Source: Armatimonadota bacterium
Lineage (GTDB): Bacteria > Armatimonadota > UBA10988
Reading direction: 5' to 3'
Assembly (NCBI GenBank): GCA_016235455.1
Contig: JACRKZ010000069.1
Coordinates: 1-64,000, forward strand
Length of the DNA stretch: 64,000 nt
Shown here: positions 20,950 to 29,583 of the stretch, piece by piece
Numbering within the stretch: the stretch's first letter is position 1
How the letters are laid out: each line of letters opens with the position of its first letter
Position numbers and translations under genes: made by a program
The notes under the pieces: generated by a model
Told to the model about the DNA's origin: nothing
The model's database searches: none
The model's input: only the letters and a program-made list of their open reading frames with translations

Positions 20950-21875
20950 ATGACCATGCTCGCCCTGCTGCTCAGCGTCGCCGCGCCGGCCGACGACAGC
21001 GTCTACCTGTTCAGCTCGTTCCGTGGCAACGGCGAGGACGGGCTGCACCTGGCCTGGAGCGAGGACGGGCTCAAATGGACCGCGCTGGGCGGCGATAAGT
21101 CGTATCTGAAGCCTGCCGCCGGTCAGGACAATCTGATGCGCGACCCCTGTCTGCTGCTCGGCCCGGACGGCGTGTTCCGCTTGACCTGGACCACCGGTTG
21201 GCGCGACAAGACCGTGGGCTATGCCGCCAGCCGCGATCTGCTGACCTGGACGCCGCAGAAGGGCATCCCCGTCATGGCTCACGAGCCCGAGGTGCGCAAT
21301 GTCTGGGCGCCCGAGATGTTCTACGACGCCGCGACCAGCGAGTACGTCATCCTCTGGGCCAGCACCATCCCCGGCCGTTACCCGCAAGGCGAGCAGGCCG
21401 GCGACGATGGCTACAACCACCGCATGTACTGCACCACGACCACCGCATGTACTGCACCACGACCCGCGACTTCGAGACGTTCGCGCCCACCCGGCTGCTG
21501 TACGACGGCGGGTTCAACGTGATCGACGCGACGCTGCTGACCAGCGGCGGCAAGTACTACATGATCCTCAAGGACGAGACGCGCACGCCGCCGGCGAAGA
21601 ACCTGCGCATCGCGGTGGCCGACAAGGCGACCGGCCCATACGGACCCGCGGGCGTGCCGTTCACCGAGGGCTGGGTCGAAGGCCCGTCGGTCATCCGGTC
21701 GGGCGAGTGGTGGGTGGTCTACTACGACTGCTACACGCGGCACCGCTATGGCGCGCGCCGCAGCCGCGACCTGGTCAACTGGGAAGATATCAGCGACCAG
21801 CTTAGCTTCCCCGGCGACACACGCCATGGCACGGTGCTGCGGGTGCCACGCAAGATCGTCGACGCGCTGCGCTGA
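20950..21875 (+). pseudogene. GH43-like five-bladed propeller glycosidase frameshifted by a 23-bp tandem duplication
   Basis: YLFSSFRGNGEDGLHLAWS, MRDP and WAPE lie in one frame, and VIDAT, ILKDE, VEGPS and RHGTV in another. The frame switch coincides with the duplication. Confidence 0.88.
21416..21464 (+). repeat. Perfect 23-bp tandem duplication (caccgcatgtactgcaccacgac x2)
   Basis: Read directly at 21418-21440 and 21441-21463, bounded by acc microhomology. Confidence 0.95.
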
Positions 21876-21879
21876 GCGG

Positions 21880-22117
21880 GTTCGTTGTGCCGGCTTGGGT
21901 CGAACGGCGCTTCCATTGGTCGGTCACTGCCGCTGGTGCGGGTACGCCAAGCTCCAGATTGGCATCGGCCGGAGGCGAAGCCGCAGGTCGACATCGCGGC
22001 AGCCCGGCGGCCAACGGTGGTCCTGCGGACCACTGCCAATCTGGAGATTGGCGTACCGGCGATAGCGCTTGGAGTCCGGTGTGGGAGCGCCATGCCGACC
22101 AGGCCGGGACCACGAAC
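21880..22117. repeat. Nested inverted-repeat element (REPIN/MITE-like) between convergent genes
   Basis: Inner 24-bp IR at 21941-21964 / 22034-22057 (1 mismatch, each arm self-palindromic). Outer imperfect ~35-bp IR at 21880-21915 / 22082-22117. Confidence 0.75.
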
Positions 22118-22143
22118 GAGAACACGGTCCCGCTGCGCCGCGC

Positions 22144-23115
22144 CTAACGGATCGACGTGGCCAGCCGGCGCAGTTGCCGTTCGGGCAGGTCGCCGATGAC
22201 CACCCATTCGCGGTCGGGCCGACTGACCGTGGCCACGTTGGCCTGCTCTCCGCTCTGCATCAGGCACGGGCCATCATTGCCGCCGCGGAACTGTCGGCCG
22301 CGCCCCATGCCGCGGTCGAACAGAGTGACGACGTTGAGCCCATCGGAGAAAGTAGCTACCGGCCGCAGCCGGCCGCTGCGCGCGGTGCGGGCGAAGTAGC
22401 CGTGCAGCGTGTAACCCGCCGGCAGCCAGGTGGGCAGCGGCATGGCCTCACCCAGCAGTTCGGCCATCTGGCGCGCGTCGGTCAGCGCCGTCAGGTCAGC
22501 CAGCGGGTACTCATGTACGGGCTGGCTCGACCGGGGCAGGTCGATAGTCGGCCGTGCGGCGAGGTCGAGTTCGCCCACCTGCGTCGTGGCCAGCAGCACC
22601 CCACGGTGGTTGCGCTGCTCGGACCGCAGGATCAGGCCGTTCTCCGCGTCCAGCCACAGCCGCCGGGCCAGATTGCCGCGATGGCGCGGGCGAAGGTCGA
22701 GGCGCACACACCGTCGACCGGCGACCGGTTCGGCCTTGGCCAGCACGATCAGGTAGTTGGCGGCGATGCGCGTCAGGTCGCGCTCATCGAGGTCCAGCCC
22801 CGGCGCGGCGGGCAAGGCCCGGCTGGTCCAGGCGCCTTGGCCCTGCCGCCGCCATTCGGCCTGACCGGCGGCGATGACTTCCAGTGCACGACACGGGCCG
22901 TCCAGGTGCACGCGCCGCTGCCGGCCACGGCCGTCCGCCTCAACGGCGACGCTGGCCAGGGCGCCCGCGGCCGACAGGTGGAGTTGCCCGCGCCAGGCGA
23001 CGGTGCGCTCGGCGCGAGCCGCGGCCCGCAGCCAGCCCAGGCCGGACAGTGACGAGCCACCGCCGCAGCCGGCCAGCCACAGAGTCGCGAGCAGCGCCAG
23101 CAGCAGGCGCTTCAC
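22144..23115 (-). CDS. MucB/RseB-like periplasmic sigma regulator, predicted lipoprotein
   Basis: GTG start coupled to the anti-sigma stop, with RBS GGAGG; lipobox LAGC; NY..EPVAGRRC..L.PR..RLWLDAENGLILRSE; PTWLPAGY; FSDGLNVVTLF. Confidence 0.8.
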   Translation of the reverse strand: MKRLLLALLATLWLAGCGGGSSLSGLGWLRAAARAERTVAWRGQLHLSAAGALASVAVEADGRGRQRRVHLDGPCRALEVIAAGQAEWRRQGQGAWTSRALPAAPGLDLDERDLTRIAANYLIVLAKAEPVAGRRCVRLDLRPRHRGNLARRLWLDAENGLILRSEQRNHRGVLLATTQVGELDLAARPTIDLPRSSQPVHEYPLADLTALTDARQMAELLGEAMPLPTWLPAGYTLHGYFARTARSGRLRPVATFSDGLNVVTLFDRGMGRGRQFRGGNDGPCLMQSGEQANVATVSRPDREWVVIGDLPERQLRRLATSIR

Positions 23116-23561
23116 GGGCCGACCTCCTGGGTGGTGGCGGTCGCCGTGAGCAGGTCGCCCAGCGCGCCGTTGGCCAATGGGCCGCGGTTGGCCAGCCGTT
23201 GGTGCTGGCCGAGAAACTCCGATGCCGGCGCGGCTGGCATCGTGCGCGGCCAGACCAGCACAACCGCCAGCACGGCCATGGCGGCCGCGGCGCCGCCCAC
23301 CCAGGCCAAGCTCAACCGCGTGCGCGGCAGCGGCAGCCGCGTGTTGGCGGCCAGACGCGCCTCGATGCCGGCCCACAGCTCGGGCCGGGCGCCGGCGCCG
23401 GACGCGGAATCGAGCAGCGCGCCGACCGAGCGCAACGCAGCCAGTTCGGCCCGGCACGCGGAGCAGCGCGGCAGATGCGCGCCGACCGACGCGCGTCGGC
23501 GCGCCGACAGCGCGTCCGCGTCGTAGGCGGCCAGGTGTCGGCGAACGCCACGGCAGTTCAT
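23112..23561 (-). CDS. Zinc-binding (zf-HC2/ZAS) transmembrane anti-sigma factor
   Basis: MNC..HLPRCSAC (HxxxCxxC) followed by one TM helix. Confidence 0.88.
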   Translation of the reverse strand: MNCRGVRRHLAAYDADALSARRRASVGAHLPRCSACRAELAALRSVGALLDSASGAGARPELWAGIEARLAANTRLPLPRTRLSLAWVGGAAAAMAVLAVVLVWPRTMPAAPASEFLGQHQRLANRGPLANGALGDLLTATATTQEVGP

Positions 23562-23562
23562 C

Positions 23563-24084
23563 TCAGCTCTCCATCCACGGGCTCAACCGGCGCCTCAGCG
23601 CCTCTCGCCCACGGCCCAATCTCGACTTGACGGTGCCCACTCGCACGCTCAGCGCCTCGGCGATGGCGGTGACTTCCAGACCCTCGAAATGGTGCAGCAC
23701 GATGACCGCGCGCTGGTCGGGCGGTAGGGTCGCCACGGCGGCGCGGATGGCGGCGTCCAGCTCCTCGCGCAGCAGTCGGCTGGCCGGATCAGCGCGTGGG
23801 TCGGCCCGCTCGAAGGTGGCCTCGTCATCGGTCAGCACCTCCGTTGCGCGCGCCGCCTGGTCGCGCACCAGGTTGCTGCCGATCTGGAACAGCCAGCCCC
23901 GGAAGGCGGCGTCCTCTCGCAGTCGGGGCAGCGCGGTCAGGGCGCGGGCGAAGGTCTCTTGGGTCAGGTCATCAGCCCGGCTCACGTCCCGCGTCATGTG
24001 CAGCAGGTAGTGGCGCAGGCCTGGGTGCAATACCTCGAACAACCGCTGTCGCGCAACGCGGTCGCCGCCGCGGGCCGGTGCCAC
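23563..24084 (-). CDS. ECF sigma-70 factor (start uncertain)
   Basis: ADDLTQETF, FRGWLFQIGSN, LPPDQRAVIVLHHFEGL, VGTVKSRLGRGR. Confidence 0.9.
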   Translation of the reverse strand: MAPARGGDRVARQRLFEVLHPGLRHYLLHMTRDVSRADDLTQETFARALTALPRLREDAAFRGWLFQIGSNLVRDQAARATEVLTDDEATFERADPRADPASRLLREELDAAIRAAVATLPPDQRAVIVLHHFEGLEVTAIAEALSVRVGTVKSRLGRGREALRRRLSPWMES

Positions 24085-24140
24085 GAAGGGCAGCCAGGCC
24101 TCGCGCGGCGGCGAACCATGTTGCGCACTCGAACCGACGC

Positions 24141-24701
24141 TTAGTTTGTCGGCTGGTTGGGGCAAACGCCACCGTTCCCTTGACCGCCGCCACGACGCAT
24201 GCCACGGCCCATGCCCTGGCCCTGGCCCATACCGGCGCCTCGGCCCATGCCACGGCCCATGCCCATGCCCTGGCCACCGGCCATGCCGCACTGACCACGG
24301 CCTTGGCCCATGCCCATGCCCATGCCGCACTGGCCCATGCCACACTGGCCGGAGCCGCACGGGCCCATGCCGCATTGGCCGGGGCCGGGGCAGGTGCCGC
24401 CGTTGGACAGGTAGGCATCGCGTTCGGCAGCGGTCTTGGCCGCCAACTGCGCGCGCAGTCCGTCGACCTCCTGGGCCTTGGCCTCAAGCGCCGAGGCGTC
24501 GGCGTTGGGGTCGGCATTGAGCTGCGCCAGCGCCTGCACGGCGGTCATGGTCTGGCTGCGCAAGCTGGCCAGTTCGGGGCTCTGCCAGACCGGACCCGCG
24601 ACGCGCGGGCCGCTGCCCGCGGCGGCGGTGCTGACGGCGCTCTGCGCCATGGCCACGCCGACGATCGCCAGCAAGACGGCGATCCCGAAGTACTTCTTCA
24701 T
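24141..24701 (-). CDS. Spy/CpxP/ZraP-like periplasmic protein with Cys/Met/Gly-rich tail
   Basis: Signal peptide MKKYFGIAVLLAIVGVAMA; helical core (L..LNADPNAD...LEAKAQEVDGLRAQL); tail with 7 Cys and 12 Met in GMG/GQC repeats. Confidence 0.7.
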   Translation of the reverse strand: MKKYFGIAVLLAIVGVAMAQSAVSTAAAGSGPRVAGPVWQSPELASLRSQTMTAVQALAQLNADPNADASALEAKAQEVDGLRAQLAAKTAAERDAYLSNGGTCPGPGQCGMGPCGSGQCGMGQCGMGMGMGQGRGQCGMAGGQGMGMGRGMGRGAGMGQGQGMGRGMRRGGGQGNGGVCPNQPTN

Positions 24702-24735
24702 CGGATGGACTCCTTGGTGGTTGCCCACTGTGAAA

Positions 24736-24764
24736 GGGGACGGACGAGCCTGCATCGCGTTCCC
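24736..24764 (-). promoter_or_regulatory. Candidate ECF autoregulatory promoter GGGAAC-N16-CGTCCCC
   Basis: Matches the common ECF AAC(-35)/CGT(-10) pattern, about 35 nt before the first operon gene. Confidence 0.65.
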
Positions 24765-25067
24765 TCTGATTCTGCCACGTCGCGCGCGGGTCAACCAGCG
24801 CGGATTCGGCGCTAACCCTGCGAGCCCTCGCCGTGGTACTCTGAGGGGGTGCTATGACGGGTCTACCGTGGCCGATTGGTCGCGCGGACAAGCACCACCC
24901 CCTTGGCATGGAACACCGGGGTGCTTGCTCGCTGTCGAACGCTATGGCTGGCCCGAGGACGCGTTCTCTGTTGTCTGGCGCGGGGAGGAATCTGGACCGC
25001 TCCGCCGAACGCGTCCTGGCCGGGAATACCGCGGCCAGCAACCACCAGCGATGGTGGGGAGTTAGAT

Positions 25068-26444
25068 ATGACATTCGAACCAACGCGACGTGAATTCATC
25101 GGCAGCGCCGCCGTGGCGGGCCTGGCCTTCTGGGCTGGTGGCAGCGCTTCCGCGGCACCTGGCAAGAACGACAAGCTCAAGGTTGCGCACATCGGTGTCG
25201 GCGGCAAGGGCGGCAGCGACACGATCGACCTGGCCAACGGCAACATCACCCTGGCCATCTGCGACATCGACAAGGGTCGCCTGGCCAACATGGCCAAGGA
25301 ACTCGAGAACCGCGGACAGAAGGACTTCAAGCTCTACACCGACTACCGCAGGATGTTCGATGAGGTCAAGGGTCTCGACGCGGTGAACGTCAGCACTCCC
25401 GACCATCACCATGCGGTGGCCGGCATGCACGCCCTGACCCGCGACATCGCCGTCTTCGTGCAGAAGCCGTTCGCGCACACCATCTATGAGTGCCGCCTGA
25501 TGACCACTGTGGCCCGCCAGCGCAAGCTGGCCAGCCAGATGGGCAACCAGGGCACCTCCAATGGCGTGTTGCGCGAAGGCGTCGAGGTCATCCAGTCGGG
25601 CGCCATCGGCAAGGTCAAGGAACTGCACGTCTGGACCAACCGCCCGGTGTGGCCTCAGGGCATCGACCGGCCGGCCGGCGAGGACGCCGTTCCCGAGAAC
25701 GTCGACTGGGAGTGCTGGATCGGACCGGCGCCGATGCGGCCATTCAAGGCCAACCGCGCCTACCACGACTTCAACTGGCGTGGCTGGTATGACTTCGGGT
25801 GCGGCGCACTGGGCGACATGGCCTGCCACACGCTCAACCTGCCGTGCCTCGGTCTCGAGCTGGGCTACCCGACGCGGTTCTGGCTCGATAGCTCCTCGGA
25901 ACTCAAGAAAGAGACCTTCCCCAGCTGGGAGATCATCAAGTACGAGTTCCCCGAGCGCAAGAGCAAGCACTCGGGCGAGATGCTGCCGGCCCTGAACATG
26001 ACCTGGTACGACGGCAACAAGAAGCCCGCCAAGGAGCTCTTCCCCGACGGCAAGGTGCCCAACACCGGCTGCCTGCTCATCGGCGACCAGGGCTGCCTGG
26101 TCAGCGACGGCGACTACGGCACCAGCTACAAGCTGCTCGACGAGGCCAAGTTCAAGGACTACGAGCCGCCCAAGCCGTGGATTGCCCGCTCGCCGGGCCA
26201 TATGCGCGAGTTCACCGACATGGTCCGCGGCGGCGCCCCGGCCATGAGCAACTTCGAGTACTCGGGCTTCTTGTCGGAAGTCGTTCTGGCCGGCTGCCTG
26301 GCCACGCACACGACTAAGAAGATCGAGTGGGACGGCCCCAACATGGTGGCCAAGAACGCGCCCGAACTCGCCGGCCTGATCGACAAGACCTATCGCCCCG
26401 GTTGGGAACTGCCGGGCCGCAGTGAGATGAAGAAGGGCCAGTAG
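25068..26444 (+). CDS. Tat-exported Gfo/Idh/MocA oxidoreductase, copy 1
   Basis: TRREFIG Tat motif; IGVGGKG; VSTPDHHHA; VQKP; QMGNQG; GALGDMACH. Confidence 0.92.
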   Translation: MTFEPTRREFIGSAAVAGLAFWAGGSASAAPGKNDKLKVAHIGVGGKGGSDTIDLANGNITLAICDIDKGRLANMAKELENRGQKDFKLYTDYRRMFDEVKGLDAVNVSTPDHHHAVAGMHALTRDIAVFVQKPFAHTIYECRLMTTVARQRKLASQMGNQGTSNGVLREGVEVIQSGAIGKVKELHVWTNRPVWPQGIDRPAGEDAVPENVDWECWIGPAPMRPFKANRAYHDFNWRGWYDFGCGALGDMACHTLNLPCLGLELGYPTRFWLDSSSELKKETFPSWEIIKYEFPERKSKHSGEMLPALNMTWYDGNKKPAKELFPDGKVPNTGCLLIGDQGCLVSDGDYGTSYKLLDEAKFKDYEPPKPWIARSPGHMREFTDMVRGGAPAMSNFEYSGFLSEVVLAGCLATHTTKKIEWDGPNMVAKNAPELAGLIDKTYRPGWELPGRSEMKKGQ

Positions 26445-26457
26445 CTCTTCGCCACGA

Positions 26458-26496
26458 CACGACCGGAGTCACGCTGTCTGGGTGACTCCGGTCGTG
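26458..26496. terminator. Perfect 15-bp hairpin after copy 1 (terminator or mRNA stabiliser; no clear U-tract)
   Basis: cacgaccggagtcac-9 nt-gtgactccggtcgtg. Confidence 0.6.
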
Positions 26497-26535
26497 CCCG
26501 TTTCGGAACATCGCATCCTGGAGGAAATCATCGCA

Positions 26536-27975
26536 ATGGCGACGACACGACGTGAATTCCTTGGCACCAGCGCGGTTGCCGGTCTGGCCTTCTGGGCTGC
26601 CGGCAGCGCGTCGGCCAAGCCATCCGGCAACGACAAGCTCAAGGTCGCCCACATTGGTGTGGGTGGCAAGGGCGGCAGCGACACCATCGACCTGGCCAAC
26701 GGCAACATCACCCTGGCGCTCTGCGACATCGACAAGGGCCGTCTGGCCTCGATGGCCAAGGAGCTCGAGGCGCGGGGGCAGAAGGACTTCAAGCTCTACA
26801 CCGACTACCGCAAGATGCTCGACGAGGTCAAGGGCCTCGACGCGGTCAACGTCAGCACGCCCGACCACACTCACGCCCCCGCCGCCATGCAGGCCATGGT
26901 GCGCGACATTGCGGTGTTCGTGCAGAAGCCGTTTGCCCATACCATCTATGAGTGCCGGCTGATGACCACCACCGCGCGCGAGCGCAAGTTGGCCAGCCAG
27001 ATGGGCAACCAGGGCACGTCCAGCGGCATGCTGCGCGAGGCCGTCGAGGTCGTCCAGTCGGGCGCCATCGGCAAGGTCAAGGAACTGCACGTCTGGACCA
27101 ACCGCCCGGTCTGGCCCCAGGGCATCGACCGCCCGGCCGGCCAGGATCCCATTCCCGACAACCTCGATTGGGAGTCGTGGATCGGCGCGGCGCCCATGCG
27201 CCCCTACAAGGCCGGCGTGTACCACGACTTCAAGTGGCGCGGCTGGTACGATTTCGGCTGCGGCGCGCTCGGCGACATGGCCTGCCATACGCTGAACCTG
27301 CCGTTGTGGGCGCTGGAACTCGGCTATCCCACGCGCTTCTGGCGCGAGGACAGCTCCGAACTCAAGCCCGAGACCTTCCCCAACTGGGAAATCCTCAAGT
27401 ACGAGTTCCCCGAGCGCGTCAGCAAGCACACGGGCGAGATGCTGCCGCCGGTCACCATGACCTGGTACGACGGCGACGACGGCCACAAGCATGTGCCGGC
27501 CAAGGAACTCTTCCCCGACGGCAACGTGCCGCGCACCGGCTCGCTGCTCATCGGCGACAAGGGCGTGCTGGTCTCTGGTGGCGACTACGGCGGCGACTAC
27601 AAGCTGCTGCCCGAGCCGACCTTCAAGAGCTACGAGCCGCCCAAGCCGTGGATCCCGCGCTCGCCGGGCCACATGCGCGAGTTCACCGACATGGTCAAGG
27701 GTGGCGCGCCGGCCATGAGCAACTTCGAGTATGCCGGCTTCCTGTCGGAAGTGGTCCTGGCTGGCTGCCTGGCCCTGCACACCGACAAGAAGATCGACTG
27801 GGACGGCCCCAACATGGTGGCCAAGAACGCGCCCGAAGTCGCTCACTTCATCGACAAGCCCTATCGCCCCGGCTACGAGCTGGTCGGCCGCGAGTTGCTT
27901 GACGCCAAGCTCGCCGCGGGCCGTGCCGCCGCCGGCGCGGGCGCGCGCCACATTCCGACCTACACCATCAAGTAG
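26536..27975 (+). CDS. Tat-exported Gfo/Idh/MocA oxidoreductase, copy 2
   Basis: TRREFLG; same motifs as copy 1. Confidence 0.92.
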   Translation: MATTRREFLGTSAVAGLAFWAAGSASAKPSGNDKLKVAHIGVGGKGGSDTIDLANGNITLALCDIDKGRLASMAKELEARGQKDFKLYTDYRKMLDEVKGLDAVNVSTPDHTHAPAAMQAMVRDIAVFVQKPFAHTIYECRLMTTTARERKLASQMGNQGTSSGMLREAVEVVQSGAIGKVKELHVWTNRPVWPQGIDRPAGQDPIPDNLDWESWIGAAPMRPYKAGVYHDFKWRGWYDFGCGALGDMACHTLNLPLWALELGYPTRFWREDSSELKPETFPNWEILKYEFPERVSKHTGEMLPPVTMTWYDGDDGHKHVPAKELFPDGNVPRTGSLLIGDKGVLVSGGDYGGDYKLLPEPTFKSYEPPKPWIPRSPGHMREFTDMVKGGAPAMSNFEYAGFLSEVVLAGCLALHTDKKIDWDGPNMVAKNAPEVAHFIDKPYRPGYELVGRELLDAKLAAGRAAAGAGARHIPTYTIK

Positions 27976-28000
27976 GACCTCTCGGTTCGCTGGCGAAACA

Positions 28001-28034
28001 GAGGCCCAGGCTGACCACGGTCGGCCTGGGCCTC
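28001..28034. terminator. Hairpin after copy 2
   Basis: gaggcccaggctgac-cacg-gtcggcctgggcctc. Confidence 0.55.
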
Positions 28035-28069
28035 GCCTGTTGCGGGGCCCGCTGGAGGGTACCCGCGAC

Positions 28070-29503
28070 ATGGCAACGACACGGCGAGACTTCATCGGTA
28101 CCGGCGCGCTGGCCTCACTGGCCTTCTGGTCGGGTGGACGTGCCTCGGCTCAAGCGGCCGACGCCAAGGACAAGCTCAAGGTGGCCCACGTCGGTGTGGG
28201 CGGCAAGGGCGGCAGCGACACCATCGACCTGGCCAACGGCAACATCACCCTCGCGCTGTGCGACATCGACAAGGGCCGCCTGGCCTCAATGGCCAAGGAG
28301 CTCGAGGCGCGGGGTCAGAAGGACTTCAAGCTCTACACCGACTACCGCCGCATGTTCGACGAGGTCAAGGGCCTCGACGCCGTCACGGTCAGCACGCCCG
28401 ACCATCACCACGCGCCGGCGGGCATGAGGGCCCTGGTGCGCGACATCGCGGTGTTCGTGCAGAAGCCGTTCGCCCACAGCATCTACGAGACGCGGCTGAT
28501 GACCCTCACCGCGCGGCAGCGCAAGCTGGCCAGCCAGATGGGCAACCAGGGCACCTCGGCCGCGCGGCTGCGCGAAGCTGTCGAGGTCGTCCAGTCGGGC
28601 GCCATCGGCAAGGTGCATGAACTGCACGTCTGGACCAACCGGCCTATCTGGCCGCAAGGCATCGATCGGCCCGCCGGCGAAGACCCGATCCCCGACAGCA
28701 TCGACTGGGAGTGCTGGATCGGACCAGCGCCCATGCGGCCGTACAAGGCCGGCGTCTACCACGACTTCAAGTGGCGCGGCTGGTTCGATTTCGGTACCGG
28801 CGCGCTCGGCGACATGGCCTGCCACACGCTGAACATGCCGTTCTGGGCGCTCGAACTCGGCTACCCGACCCGCTTCTGGCGCGAGGACAGCGGCGAACGC
28901 CATCTCGAGACCTTCCCCAAGTGGTCCGTGCTCAAGTATGAGTTCCCCGAGCGCCGCAGCCGGCACACGGGCGAGACGCTGCCGCCGGTCAGCATGACCT
29001 GGTATGACGGCGACGACGCCAACATGCACCAGCCGCCCAAGGACCTGTTCCCCAACGGCCAGGTGCCGCGCACGGGCGCGCTGCTCATCGGCGACAAGGG
29101 CGTCATGGTCTCCCCCGGCGACAGCGGCAACGAGTACACGCTCTTCCCCGAGGCCCAGTTCAAGGACTACGAGCCGCCCAAGCCGTGGATCGCGCGCTCG
29201 CCCGGCCACATGCGCGAGTTCGTTGACGCGGTCAAGGGCGGCCCGCCTGCAGCCAGCAACTTCGAGTACTCCGGATTCCTCTCGGAGGTCGTGCTGGCCG
29301 GCTGTCTGTCCCTGCACTCGGACAAGAAGATCGAGTGGGACGGTCCGAACATGGTCGCCCGCAACGCGCCCGAGCTGGCTCACTACATCGACACGCCCTA
29401 CCGGCCCGGCTGGGAGCTGGTCGGTCGCGAGTTGCTCGATAACCAGCTCGCCGCGGCTGCGACGACCATCGAGCGCACCATGTCGAGCTACACCATCCGG
29501 TAG
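28070..29503 (+). CDS. Tat-exported Gfo/Idh/MocA oxidoreductase, copy 3
   Basis: TRRDFIG; same motifs as copy 1. Confidence 0.92.
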   Translation: MATTRRDFIGTGALASLAFWSGGRASAQAADAKDKLKVAHVGVGGKGGSDTIDLANGNITLALCDIDKGRLASMAKELEARGQKDFKLYTDYRRMFDEVKGLDAVTVSTPDHHHAPAGMRALVRDIAVFVQKPFAHSIYETRLMTLTARQRKLASQMGNQGTSAARLREAVEVVQSGAIGKVHELHVWTNRPIWPQGIDRPAGEDPIPDSIDWECWIGPAPMRPYKAGVYHDFKWRGWFDFGTGALGDMACHTLNMPFWALELGYPTRFWREDSGERHLETFPKWSVLKYEFPERRSRHTGETLPPVSMTWYDGDDANMHQPPKDLFPNGQVPRTGALLIGDKGVMVSPGDSGNEYTLFPEAQFKDYEPPKPWIARSPGHMREFVDAVKGGPPAASNFEYSGFLSEVVLAGCLSLHSDKKIEWDGPNMVARNAPELAHYIDTPYRPGWELVGRELLDNQLAAAATTIERTMSSYTIR

Positions 29504-29526
29504 GACGCGCTGGTTGACCGGCGAAT

Positions 29527-29565
29527 AGCAGGCCTGGGCTGACGTTGCGTTGGCCCAGGCCTGTT
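29527..29565 (+). terminator. Hairpin after copy 3 with weak U-rich tail
   Basis: agcaggcctgggctgacg-ttg-cgttggcccaggcctgtt, then gtgtt. Confidence 0.55.
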
Positions 29566-29583
29566 GTGTTGGGAGGGACGATC

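Noticed and set aside
21416-21464. CRISPR-like repeat
   Set aside because: Only two adjacent copies, no spacer, inside a gene, and no cas genes.
23563-24375. 270-aa sigma ORF with His/Gly-rich N-terminus
   Set aside because: The extension is an alternative frame of the upstream GMG-repeat tail. The sigma start is probably near 24084.
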